Source: a virus
Taxonomy: Duplodnaviria > Caudoviricetes
DNA: 49,755 nucleotides
Virus record (IMG/VR): IMGVR_UViG_3300033487_000008
Span: 1 to 49,755 of that record
Direction: 5' to 3' (one strand)
A program made the translations under genes and the position numbers. The notes beneath the pieces were generated by a model. That model had not been told where the DNA came from. It made no database searches and saw only the letters and a list, made by a program, of their open reading frames with translations. Shown in pieces: positions 1 through 8,456 of the stretch; position 1 is the stretch's first letter, and each line of letters starts with the position of its first letter.

Positions 1-135
1 TCAAATCCCTCTTTGGGATTAAGCTTGGCTCCAAGATACTCCGACATCTCCTCAGCCCTGATTCGTGAGGATACGTTTCTGGTAACAAGCTCCTTCTGAT
101 GTTTGGAGTAACTATGACCGACGTAGCTTTCTGCA
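1..135. repeat. Terminal direct repeat / circular assembly overlap (copy 1)
   Basis: 1-135 is identical to 49621-49755 except C127 vs T49747. Confidence 0.97.
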
Positions 136-152
136 GCAAAGAAACTTATCAT
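1..152 (-). CDS. 5' part of the GT-B-like glycosyltransferase that crosses the circular junction (continues to 48936; 278 aa total)
   Basis: ATG at 152 overlaps the TGA of 149..346 (ATGA); reads MISFFAAESYVGH...RAEEMSEYLG in frame with ORF 48936..49667. Confidence 0.85.
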   Translation of the reverse strand, partial: MISFFAAESYVGHSYSKHQKELVTRNVSSRIRAEEMSEYLGAKLNPKEGF

Positions 153-346
153 ACTTTAATGTCTAACCTTTCTCCGAACTCCTCATTCAAAGCGTTTACA
201 AGCTGGGAGCGGTAACTGTTTAGGTCCTGAATCTTTTTAGCATCCGCAAGGGTGTGCGCCCCCTTCTGAACTGTCTCTACCAGATAGAATATCTTAATGT
301 TCGTTATGCTCAGTTCGTCAATAAGTTGTGCTTTTGTTTTTTTCAT
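149..346 (-). CDS. Hypothetical protein (65 aa, coiled-coil-like)
   Basis: ATGA overlaps with both neighbours. Confidence 0.75.
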   Translation of the reverse strand: MKKTKAQLIDELSITNIKIFYLVETVQKGAHTLADAKKIQDLNSYRSQLVNALNEEFGERLDIKV

Positions 347-942
347 TTCACCACCCCCCAGACTGAATTAGGTGCTGTAAAGAAAGTCTTGATATCGTTA
401 TTCCTAACAAACTCATCCACGGCTTGAGCAACACCAAACCTAAGATACCCAGCCGCCAACTTCTTGGTTTTGTTAACATAGTCGTGACCACAGAAAACCC
501 CACCAGCCTTCATCTTGGGATACCAGTCCTTCAAGTCTCTTTTAACCCCCTCGTAAGTATGGTCTGCATCTATATAAATGAAATCAAAGAACTCGTCCGG
601 ATACTCCTTAGCTACGTCAAATGAGTAACCCCTGTGAATCTTGACAAACGGCTTATCTGACATCTCTGCTTTGAAATTTTCGTACTGGGCATCCAACTCC
701 CCTTGCGTATAGAGCATGTCGTTGTGGGCGATAATCTTATCATCCAACCAACAATCTATAGCCACCGCTAATTTAGGTCCATGCTTTATCAATTCCTTGA
801 AATTCCCACCATCCCGTACTCCTATTTCGCAGATAGTGTCCAAGCGGTACTTAGACATAAATGGCTCCCAAATCCTATAACGGGGTCTGCTTTGTGAGAT
901 TTCGGTGCTATGCAAATCTTCAACTAATTGCTTTAATTCCAT
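343..942 (-). CDS. Class I SAM-dependent methyltransferase (Methyltransf_24-like), probable glycan O-methyltransferase
   Basis: Motifs EIGVRDG, IDCW, DFIYIDADHTYE, GGVFCGHDY. Confidence 0.85.
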   Translation of the reverse strand: MELKQLVEDLHSTEISQSRPRYRIWEPFMSKYRLDTICEIGVRDGGNFKELIKHGPKLAVAIDCWLDDKIIAHNDMLYTQGELDAQYENFKAEMSDKPFVKIHRGYSFDVAKEYPDEFFDFIYIDADHTYEGVKRDLKDWYPKMKAGGVFCGHDYVNKTKKLAAGYLRFGVAQAVDEFVRNNDIKTFFTAPNSVWGVVK

Positions 943-1627
943 ATTTTTCTAATATCCGTAGAAACCTTTCCGGCACTAAAGGTGTGTACAAAGCCAAGTG
1001 CCGTGGCTTTTGTGGCTGGAAATGAGCTACCATTAAAGGCTTATCTACTTTGGGGTAAGTCTTAACGTGGTAGTAGATAGTGAAGTTGTAGGTTATGTTT
1101 ATCTTCCTGCATCTTTTCTCTATGCTTGGGTCTTCTCTTAGAAGTTCAATAAAGGCTGTCTGCTCATTAAGATGGCGACTGTACATAATCTCATTTGTTC
1201 TCTCAAAGATATCCCTAGCACTTTTCTTAAAGAAAAAACTCCCAGCGTTCCACATAGAAGTCCAGCCGTGGTTTGTCCACAGCATGTCCTCGTCAAAGTC
1301 TAAATTGAAAGGCTGAAGCTGAAAAGCATCGTGGTCGTGAAACCAGTAGGTGTCGTCCCCTATAACGCCGTCCTCAAACAACCTAAGAATCATAGGAAGT
1401 TTGCTTGACCTGTTCCCATCATGAACGTCATACTTCCCTTCTCCCACTACATAGGCTTTAACCCCGCTGTACTCATAAGGGAAGTTCATAGCCAGCATCA
1501 AATCTTCTTTCTTCCACCCAAGGTCCAAACTGTTATCAATCTGCACCTTGGTCAACACTTCGTACTCCGTAGGTTTTACGGGTACAAACTTCTCTGCTTG
1601 ATTGTAGTAAACTAATAAATTCTTCAC
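920..1627 (-). CDS. GT-A glycosyltransferase-like protein (paralog of 48235..48939)
   Basis: DxD motif WFHDHDAF, WNAGSFFF, EQ, NITYNF, terminal VAHF. Confidence 0.7.
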   Translation of the reverse strand: MKNLLVYYNQAEKFVPVKPTEYEVLTKVQIDNSLDLGWKKEDLMLAMNFPYEYSGVKAYVVGEGKYDVHDGNRSSKLPMILRLFEDGVIGDDTYWFHDHDAFQLQPFNLDFDEDMLWTNHGWTSMWNAGSFFFKKSARDIFERTNEIMYSRHLNEQTAFIELLREDPSIEKRCRKINITYNFTIYYHVKTYPKVDKPLMVAHFQPQKPRHLALYTPLVPERFLRILEKYGIKAIS

Positions 1628-2220
1628 TTCTTATTCGTAACAACATATAGCCTATCGTGCATCTTAGGATCTCCATTTGCAAGTAATGCCGGTATAAAGA
1701 AATCGTACTCAGAAAGCTGTGCACGCATGGCTCTGGTATGCCTGCAATCCTCAATGATGTAGATAACATCTTTCTTTAGAAGAGGCATGAGAGTCTTGCA
1801 TAGAAAAATCTGGTCGTTCACATGGTGTGACGCATCATCTATAACAAGGTCTATATCAGACCCAATCTTCTCTATCAACTTCTCCACCTGACTTTTATCC
1901 CGCTCATCACAACGGAACGTCTCTAACCTCTCATCCTTAAATACAGCCTCCTTAGCTATATCCGCCCCGTATACCTGAGCATTGGGAAAGAAATCCCTCC
2001 ACATCCTAAGGCTCGCCCCTATAAAGTAATTAGGAATAGCCTTGAAGTACCGCCTGTTCCCTACGCCAAATTCAAATACTTTCTTAAAGGACTGGCGTTT
2101 GTCCTTTAGAAATTCGTAATAGAACGGGGTGTACGTGTGTCCTATCTGTGGACACTTGTCAGCCCCATACTTGAAAGCTAATTCACATAGCTCTGTTGGT
2201 TTAAAGTCTTTTGGCGACAT
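1624..2220 (-). CDS. SAM-dependent (sugar) O-methyltransferase
   Basis: YGADK..HTYTPFY, EFGVG, GASLRMWRDFFPNA, DLVIDDASH, YIIED. Confidence 0.85.
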   Translation of the reverse strand: MSPKDFKPTELCELAFKYGADKCPQIGHTYTPFYYEFLKDKRQSFKKVFEFGVGNRRYFKAIPNYFIGASLRMWRDFFPNAQVYGADIAKEAVFKDERLETFRCDERDKSQVEKLIEKIGSDIDLVIDDASHHVNDQIFLCKTLMPLLKKDVIYIIEDCRHTRAMRAQLSEYDFFIPALLANGDPKMHDRLYVVTNKK

Positions 2221-2726
2221 ACAAACTCCTTTACATCCAGAAAATTACTAAGAACTGTTGTGGCTGGTTCCACTTCTGTAAAATCAAATCTATACTTAAA
2301 AAGAGGATAGATGGTGGAATAATGATACTCCTTGTCCTTGTTAGCGTCCGAGTCGTGAATGACAATAAGCTTGGCTAGGTTGGCAAGTTTCTTTATTTCC
2401 ACTACCCGTCTCTCTGAGGGAGAGTGGTCGACTAAAACCACATCCCATTCCTTCTCTATGTAAGGCCAACACTGATCCCAATCTTTAACACACACATGCT
2501 TGTGCAAGTCTGTTCTATAATACTGACGGCAGATATAATGCCATTTGTAGTTATTCTCTATTGTTAAAAGGTTTCTGCCCTGAATCTCACACAGCCAATG
2601 AAGTACAGGAGTGCTGGCAAATCCCGGACCTAGTTCCAGTACATCCCCAGTTGTCCTTTTCATAGCCTCAAACAACACAGGTAGGTGGGTGCTATATCTT
2701 ATTGAAATGTTTACTTTGTAAGCCAT
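2178..2726 (-). CDS. Methyltransferase-fold protein (start at MAYKV)
   Basis: VLELGPGFAST, DVVLVDH, IVIHDS. Confidence 0.65.
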   Translation of the reverse strand: MAYKVNISIRYSTHLPVLFEAMKRTTGDVLELGPGFASTPVLHWLCEIQGRNLLTIENNYKWHYICRQYYRTDLHKHVCVKDWDQCWPYIEKEWDVVLVDHSPSERRVVEIKKLANLAKLIVIHDSDANKDKEYHYSTIYPLFKYRFDFTEVEPATTVLSNFLDVKEFVCRQKTLNQQSYVN

Positions 2727-3505
2727 AAGGGTTCGATATCCTTTCTGAAATAATCCTCCCATTGACTGAGGGAGTAAACCCAGCAAGCTTCGTTATTAGA
2801 TGGGTTCTCGGGGGTGCCGTTGTTGTGGGTTCTGGGAAAACTCCTCTCCTTGTGGGCATGCCACGTGTTCTTGTTGACCATCAGTTTCCCCCCAGCCTTC
2901 CATGTTTTAAAAACCATTTCGTGGCTATCCTGATAATGGGGACCGTAGCCTTCGTTTTGCAGTTCTCCAATAACGTCATCCCACCACTTGTGGGGCATGA
3001 ACCAGCAGGAGCCTTGCATAGCCATGGATTCCTGAATAGGCTGACTGTCGTCCCCGGGGGCTTCAACACCCGAGAATTTCCGCACCCCCTCGCTCATATT
3101 TACAATCTTTAGTTTCATAAAATCCACAGGGGGAATGTCCATAACCTCCCACTTAACTGGGTCTAGGAAGTACCTACGAGGCGTTACAATCCAGTTTGGT
3201 TCGGTCTGTGAGGAAAGTATCAGGTCGTACCTATCTCCGAAGGTCTGGTGTTCATCTGCCCTTAAAAGGTACTCTCCACGGGCTATCCTTACCCCTGCGT
3301 TTATGGCACGCCTCATGCCTACGTTGGAACCCAGATAGACAGGGCGCACTCTGTCATCTCTTATAATAGGAGTTTCTGGAACGTATCCGTCGCAAACTGG
3401 GATAATTTCAAGCTGGTCGCCAAGCCCAGACTGGGTCAAAAGGGAGTCTATGGTCTTGTGCAGCAAAGGGTCTTTATAGCTTGGGATAACTACAGAGACC
3501 TTCAC
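2711..3505 (-). CDS. Family 2 glycosyltransferase (paralog A)
   Basis: VSVVIPSY, VCDG, GMRRAINAG, RADEH, MQGSCW. Confidence 0.9.
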   Translation of the reverse strand: MKVSVVIPSYKDPLLHKTIDSLLTQSGLGDQLEIIPVCDGYVPETPIIRDDRVRPVYLGSNVGMRRAINAGVRIARGEYLLRADEHQTFGDRYDLILSSQTEPNWIVTPRRYFLDPVKWEVMDIPPVDFMKLKIVNMSEGVRKFSGVEAPGDDSQPIQESMAMQGSCWFMPHKWWDDVIGELQNEGYGPHYQDSHEMVFKTWKAGGKLMVNKNTWHAHKERSFPRTHNNGTPENPSNNEACWVYSLSQWEDYFRKDIEPLWLTK

Positions 3506-3903
3506 AGTGCCTCACTTACTTTGTGTAAAAGGGCAGAGTGAGCACTCTCCATATCTTCATAGGAACCCTCTCCACCGAAAATTTCTATAAACTCAAGTTT
3601 CATTCCTCTAGCTTTAACGATATTAGGCGAGGTTCCGCTACAGGATATGAGAACAACCAAATCCCCGGGTCGTGCATAGGTGGAAAGCTGAAGACTGAAA
3701 GTATTTTCATATCCGTAGTCGTTGGCAATCATGGTGAGTATTGACGAGTTGCTGCTAAGACAGTGGGCTTTAACCCCCTTCTTAAAAAGGTCTGTTGCGA
3801 AGTGTTCTGCGTTGGCTGCGCTGCCTCCGTTGCCACAAATAAAGACCATCTTTCCTAAGTCCCTCTTGGATTTTATTATTTCTACTATTTCTTCTTTAGT
3901 CAC
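3502..3903 (-). CDS. gmhA: Sedoheptulose-7-phosphate isomerase (SIS domain, shortened)
   Basis: ICGNGGSAANAEHF, TMIANDYGY, LISCSGTSPNI, ESAH. Confidence 0.9.
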   Translation of the reverse strand: MTKEEIVEIIKSKRDLGKMVFICGNGGSAANAEHFATDLFKKGVKAHCLSSNSSILTMIANDYGYENTFSLQLSTYARPGDLVVLISCSGTSPNIVKARGMKLEFIEIFGGEGSYEDMESAHSALLHKVSEAL

Positions 3904-4846
3904 TGTATATAACCCTTGAACCCGAGGGTTCGAAACTAAACGGAAGTTCCCTAAGCTTTAAGGCTTTCCTTATCGCATCTTTTCTTTCAGGGGAACTGAA
4001 GGTGAGAAGAAAACCGCCACCACCAGCACCTGTTATTTTACCACCTACTGCCCCTGCTTTAATAGCAGTTTTGTAGAAACCGTCAATCTTTTCGTTTGTT
4101 ACCCCGGAGGAAAGGCTCTTTTTCATCTTCCAACTCTTGTCTAAAAGCTCTCCCAGCGCCATATAATCACCTCTTAGCAGTCTACCTCTGGCAGTGCTAG
4201 TTATCTCCTGAATTTTACCTAGCATCTCGGTATTTTTAACTACCTTGCGTTCCTGCTCTCCCAAAACGTCCTCAGCCTTTCTTGTAGTACCTGTAAAAAA
4301 GAGCATCATCCAATCATCCAAGCCCGAGCCTGTCACCTTACCTCCCAAGTCCACGCCCCTTGAGCTAAACCATAAAAATCTAAACCCCCCTAAAGCTGTT
4401 ATGTACTGGTCTTGCACCCCTATTGGCCTTTTTAGTATCTCCCTTTCTACCTTGCAGGCCTCCTCAGCCAACTGAATAGCGGAAACCTCTTCTCCCTTGT
4501 AGGTGTGAAGAGCCTTCAAAAGCCCCACTGTAATGGAGCTGGAAGAAGCCAGTCCTGTTCCTGCGGGCACATCTCCGATGGTGTAAACCTCTAAGCTTTT
4601 ATCTATCCCGACAAGTTTCATAGATTCTCTAATAAGGTCGTGCTTAAGGTTATGCGTGTGGCTTACAGTCTGAATGTGGCTACAGGAAACCCTGACCCTT
4701 CTGTCCTGACGGGATTTTAGAATAACGTAAGTGTATTTATTTATGGCCGCAGTAATCACACAACCGCCATGTTTCTCATAGTAAGCGGGAAAGTCTGTAC
4801 CCCCGCCAAACAGACTGATACGAAGAGGTGTTTTAACTATGAGCAT
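3896..4846 (-). CDS. hddA: GHMP kinase, D-glycero-alpha-D-manno-heptose-7-phosphate kinase-like
   Basis: TPLRISLFGGGTD, PAGTGLASSS, IGVQDQY, GKITGAGGGGF. Confidence 0.9.
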   Translation of the reverse strand: MLIVKTPLRISLFGGGTDFPAYYEKHGGCVITAAINKYTYVILKSRQDRRVRVSCSHIQTVSHTHNLKHDLIRESMKLVGIDKSLEVYTIGDVPAGTGLASSSSITVGLLKALHTYKGEEVSAIQLAEEACKVEREILKRPIGVQDQYITALGGFRFLWFSSRGVDLGGKVTGSGLDDWMMLFFTGTTRKAEDVLGEQERKVVKNTEMLGKIQEITSTARGRLLRGDYMALGELLDKSWKMKKSLSSGVTNEKIDGFYKTAIKAGAVGGKITGAGGGGFLLTFSSPERKDAIRKALKLRELPFSFEPSGSRVIYSD

Positions 4847-5244
4847 TTAATCCTTTCTCTAAGTTCTGTGGTAGAAAAGTGATGATCTCTGGTATTGTAA
4901 ATTATCTTTATCCCACGTTTCTCGCATATTTCCTTGCCAGTAATAAACCCATCTTTATGATCTGCTCCCATTATCCTGACATCAATATCCAAAAGACTAA
5001 GCAATTCCTCCAGGTCTTTCTCTGTTTCATATATCCTGATTGCATCCACATATCTGCACGCTCTCAACATAACCTGTCTCTCCACTATAGATTGAATGGG
5101 CTTGTTTTTATCGGGCCTGTCTTTGGATGGGTCAGTTTGTAAACCAACGGTTAAAAAGTCACAAAACTTCTTGCACTCTCTTAACATAGAAACATGTCCT
5201 GCGTGGAACAAGTCGAAAGCTCCACAAGTAAAACCTTTTATCAT
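4837..5244 (-). CDS. HxGH nucleotidyltransferase (TagD/HldC-like cytidylyl/adenylyltransferase); start MIKGF
   Basis: GAFDLFHAGH, GLQTD, ER..L, C-terminal FSTTELR. Confidence 0.85.
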   Translation of the reverse strand: MIKGFTCGAFDLFHAGHVSMLRECKKFCDFLTVGLQTDPSKDRPDKNKPIQSIVERQVMLRACRYVDAIRIYETEKDLEELLSLLDIDVRIMGADHKDGFITGKEICEKRGIKIIYNTRDHHFSTTELRERIKCS

Positions 5245-6101
5245 TTTCCCCAATTCTCCGGCCAACTTGGCACGGGACTAAATTTTTCTATCAACCAAGA
5301 AAGGGGTTTCTTCATCCCAGGCTCCTCGTTATTCATCCAGTGCCTTGCTGTATAAGCCCACTGCTTGGGAGAGAGCCTGTTTGTCTTGTAGGACTTACTG
5401 TACATCTTGGAGATGTAATGTCTTTTGGTTTTTTGAAGGTGGGCATACCAAGTTCTTTTGTTTACCTTTATCTCTCCGTCGTTTAGCCAGTATTTCAAAC
5501 CTATCTCTGCCTGATCCCCTATAAAGGTTCCGTAGGTCTCCAGCCTGTCATCTAACATTCCAACATGTTCCATAAAGTACCGTCTGTTTGCAAGCCAGCA
5601 ACTTCCCTGAAAAGCCATTGTATCGTCTATCTCGGTACCCCCCTTTTTACCCCAAGCGTGAACGAACAGCCCACACCCATTCTCCGCAGGGTACTCAAAG
5701 TAGTGGTAGTCTCTTATAGGTCTGCCCTCATTTCTTTGCCAAAGGGTGTCCTCAAGTGAGTAACGCCTCGGTATCATAAGCCAATTCTTGGCACAGCTTT
5801 CGGTAAGTTCCTTGTCAAAGTCGGGGGCGAGAAGGCAATGGGAATCCAGTTTCATTACAAACTCTCCCTCTGCGATAGCAAGTCCTGCGTTTATAGCTCC
5901 ACGCATGCCTAAATTTGTAGGGGATTTTACTATGAACACTCTTGGGTCGCTGGGGATGTCATCGGTTTCGTAACCGTCTAAAACAGGAATAACTTCAACG
6001 TCGCCTACAGCATTGTCCAAAACGGACTGGATAGTCTTGCAGAGTAACGGGTCTTTGTAGCTCGGTATGATTACCGAAAGCACGGATGCTCTCAATGTCA
6101 T
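5241..6101 (-). CDS. Family 2 glycosyltransferase (paralog B)
   Basis: LSVIIPSYKDP, VLDG, GMRGAINAG, KLDSH, FQGSCW. Confidence 0.9.
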   Translation of the reverse strand: MTLRASVLSVIIPSYKDPLLCKTIQSVLDNAVGDVEVIPVLDGYETDDIPSDPRVFIVKSPTNLGMRGAINAGLAIAEGEFVMKLDSHCLLAPDFDKELTESCAKNWLMIPRRYSLEDTLWQRNEGRPIRDYHYFEYPAENGCGLFVHAWGKKGGTEIDDTMAFQGSCWLANRRYFMEHVGMLDDRLETYGTFIGDQAEIGLKYWLNDGEIKVNKRTWYAHLQKTKRHYISKMYSKSYKTNRLSPKQWAYTARHWMNNEEPGMKKPLSWLIEKFSPVPSWPENWGK

Positions 6102-6136
6102 GACATCAGTTTAACACCTAATCACAAAGATGTCTA
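6102..6136 (-). promoter_or_regulatory. Leaderless sigma70-type promoter of GT2 paralog B and the downstream operon
   Basis: TAGACA-17bp-TAAACT (extended TG)-6nt-ATG(6101). Confidence 0.65.
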
Positions 6137-6137
6137 C

Positions 6138-6494
6138 TTAATTGTCGTAATACAAATAAACCGTGCAGGATACATCAGCGTTGTTCTGTGCTTTGTCTGC
6201 TGTAATAGTTACGTCCACTGGCCCTACCATCGGAATCTCAAGCGGATGTACTGCAGTTGAGCCCCCGTACAAGTCCGCCCAGTTGGTCGTAGTCTGGCTG
6301 GGAGACAGTGAGCCTTTGCTGTACACCGTCATCCCGTTCTTGTCAGCAACGGCAATAGTATAGGTACTTCCATCCTGCATATCGCCAGCCGTAACTGACA
6401 CGCCCTTCAAATAGCCCGACACTGAAACATCACTACCAGTGACAGATGTATCCCCCCTGTCTATGGTTAATGGAACTGCGTAAGTTCTTAACAT
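6138..6494 (-). CDS. Hypothetical beta-rich protein, possibly virion-associated
   Basis: T/S/V-rich 118 aa; TATAAT 6 nt before ATG. Confidence 0.65.
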   Translation of the reverse strand: MLRTYAVPLTIDRGDTSVTGSDVSVSGYLKGVSVTAGDMQDGSTYTIAVADKNGMTVYSKGSLSPSQTTTNWADLYGGSTAVHPLEIPMVGPVDVTITADKAQNNADVSCTVYLYYDN

Positions 6495-6506
6495 AAACTA
6501 ATTATA

Positions 6507-6722
6507 CTACTTATTCCCCAAAAAGAACATTTTCCTGCCCTGAATGTTGGCTAGGAATTTAGATATCTCGGTTATTTCCCTCTCGGCATGTTGATTTAAT
6601 TTATCTTCTCTTTGCTGGTTTAGAAAATCCAGCATCTGCGTTATCTCAGTAACATTCCTAAAGTGCCTCATGTCAATCTTTTTGTGTTTCTCTATATATT
6701 CTTTTTGTTCTTTGAATGTCAT
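6507..6722 (-). CDS. Hypothetical protein
   Basis: ATGA-coupled to upstream glycosyltransferase. Confidence 0.7.
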   Translation of the reverse strand: MTFKEQKEYIEKHKKIDMRHFRNVTEITQMLDFLNQQREDKLNQHAEREITEISKFLANIQGRKMFFLGNK

Positions 6723-7399
6723 TTTACGCTTATCTCCGCCTTTCCTGTTGCAGCAGCACGCTGTATCAACTCAAGACATTGTAGCAGGGAAGTCTCTTTC
6801 ATGTGATCACATATCACATTCCAATCGGCGTGAACAGGGATTCCAAGCTCCCTGCACTTAAGACAAAAGGCCATATCGTCGGAGTGTTTCATAATCCCAT
6901 ACTCGTCAAATGTGTCCTCAAAGGGAGCCCATTTCTTCTCGTACATCTTTTCTATGACGTGCCTTTTAACAAAAATACATCCTGTTCCTAGAGCGTCTAC
7001 TTTCTGCACTCCTTCTCTTTTCTCGGGGGCGACGAACTTAAAGACTGTTTCTTTGGGGTACTTTTCCATATCTAAGTCGAAAACGTGAAAGTTAAATCCC
7101 CGGGGGTTCCGACCCGGATAAACCCCCCCGCATACATCTAGGTTACGGTCTAGGATGGAAAAGGGATTTGTGATGGGAAAGGTATCCTCATCAAACATTA
7201 CAAGCCAGTCCCAATCCCCTTCTATGAATTTCTTGGCTATCTTGTTTCTGTTGTTTGGGATGGGTCTTGCTACAGGCACGAAAAACTTAAACTCGTACTT
7301 ATCCTTGTACTCCGCCATCCAGTTAATAAGCTGGGTCTCAAACCCTGTGTGAACTGTTCCAATGTTAAGAAGGTTGACCATTACACGAGGTCGTGTCAT
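6719..7399 (-). CDS. GT-A/GT2-like glycosyltransferase (start MTRPRV)
   Basis: NNRNKI, WLVMFDED, ALGTGCIFVKR, SDDMAFC, ICDH; TATAAT 6 nt before ATG. Confidence 0.85.
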   Translation of the reverse strand: MTRPRVMVNLLNIGTVHTGFETQLINWMAEYKDKYEFKFFVPVARPIPNNRNKIAKKFIEGDWDWLVMFDEDTFPITNPFSILDRNLDVCGGVYPGRNPRGFNFHVFDLDMEKYPKETVFKFVAPEKREGVQKVDALGTGCIFVKRHVIEKMYEKKWAPFEDTFDEYGIMKHSDDMAFCLKCRELGIPVHADWNVICDHMKETSLLQCLELIQRAAATGKAEISVK

Positions 7400-7420
7400 G
7401 GCACGATTATACCCCAATCG

Positions 7421-7441
7421 GGGGAGAAATCAATCTCCCCC
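7421..7441 (-). terminator. GC-rich hairpin after the decoration gene (possible terminator)
   Basis: GGGGAGA..TCTCCCC inverted repeat; no clear U-tract. Confidence 0.4.
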
Positions 7442-7450
7442 GAAATGAGA

Positions 7451-8425
7451 TTACTCCTCGCTAGGACTAAGTGAGGGGCTTGCGCTCGGAGATACCGACG
7501 CACTTGGAGACACACTAGGCGATGCAGACGCACTAGGTGAAACGCTAGGCGAAGCACTCGGAGACTTACTCGGAGACATACTCGGTGACGCACTAGGTGA
7601 CACAGACACACTGGGTGAAGTGCTTGGTGAAGCACTCGGCGATACACTAGGCGACTTACTAGGCGACGCACTAGGTGACACTGAAACGCTAGGCGAAGCA
7701 GATGGGCTTGCACTGGGTGATACGCTAGGCGACGCACTTGGAGATGCGCTGGGAGATACACTAGGTGATGCGCTAGGCGATACGCTAACGCTAGGCGAAG
7801 TGCTTGGAGACGCACTTGGCGATACACTAGGCGAAACGCTAGGCGACTTGCTCGGTGAGGCGCTCGGAGAACCCGATGGGCTCACACTAGGCGATGCACT
7901 TGGTGAAACGCTAACGCTTGGACTAACCGAAGCACTCGGTGATGCCGAAGCACTTGGAGACGCAGAAGAGCTCACAGAATGGCTTATGGGAGCCATTCCA
8001 AGGTCTTTCGGTCTGAAAGTACATATAACTGTCATTCCAGCCAAAGTTCCGGTAGTTCCTGTAATGTCCATCCCTATCCTATCTCCAGCCAAAAAATCTG
8101 TTACAAACGGCTGGGTAGTTCTCCAGTTTTGTGTTGCAGAAACCAAAGTTCCTGTCTGCACCGTAGCGGCAGTTCCTTTCAAGTTAATCGTACTTGAAAG
8201 CAAATCGTTACCATTCCCTGCAGTTTCCGTATGCCGAAGCTTTTCCAGCATCAGGGTAACAGCTCCTGCATCAGCACTTGCCGTGGTGTGCACTTCCTGC
8301 ACCTTAATGAGTTCGCAATCACAGGGAACAATTCCTATTGTCCTGTCAGTAAAGGTTGTTGCACCATAATACTGAATAGTAAAGATATCCCTGTGGTCAA
8401 ACTTGATATTTTTCCTTTGAATCAT
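7451..8425 (-). CDS. Putative capsid decoration/cement protein with C-terminal Ser/Pro (SPSX) repeat tail of about 175 aa
   Basis: N-terminal domain paralogous to 8457..8858 (TDR..GI.P....L.KV.EVH, ET.GNG, AG.R.G); lies just downstream of the capsid gene. Confidence 0.75.
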   Translation of the reverse strand: MIQRKNIKFDHRDIFTIQYYGATTFTDRTIGIVPCDCELIKVQEVHTTASADAGAVTLMLEKLRHTETAGNGNDLLSSTINLKGTAATVQTGTLVSATQNWRTTQPFVTDFLAGDRIGMDITGTTGTLAGMTVICTFRPKDLGMAPISHSVSSSASPSASASPSASVSPSVSVSPSASPSVSPSGSPSASPSKSPSVSPSVSPSASPSTSPSVSVSPSASPSVSPSASPSASPSVSPSASPSASPSVSVSPSASPSKSPSVSPSASPSTSPSVSVSPSASPSMSPSKSPSASPSVSPSASASPSVSPSASVSPSASPSLSPSEE

Positions 8426-8456
8426 ATTACACCTCCTCTCGAATTAAATAACTTTC

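Noticed and set aside
2711-7399. Glycosyltransferases as DNA hypermodification enzymes
   Set aside because: No hydroxymethylase, TET/JBP, nucleotide kinase or own polymerase; genes lie in the late structural region (disfavoured, not excluded)
7396-7827. Arg/Leu/His-rich alternative-frame ORFs over repeat tracts (also 40669, 42969, 44355)
   Set aside because: Frame-shifted by-products of the repeats; no slippery site identified
7620-8369. Long plus-strand '[10 protein letters not shown]' ORFs (also 35962, 39756, 40761, 43247, 44168)
   Set aside because: Antisense shadows of SPSX codons; no expression signals, and they lie opposite coherent operons
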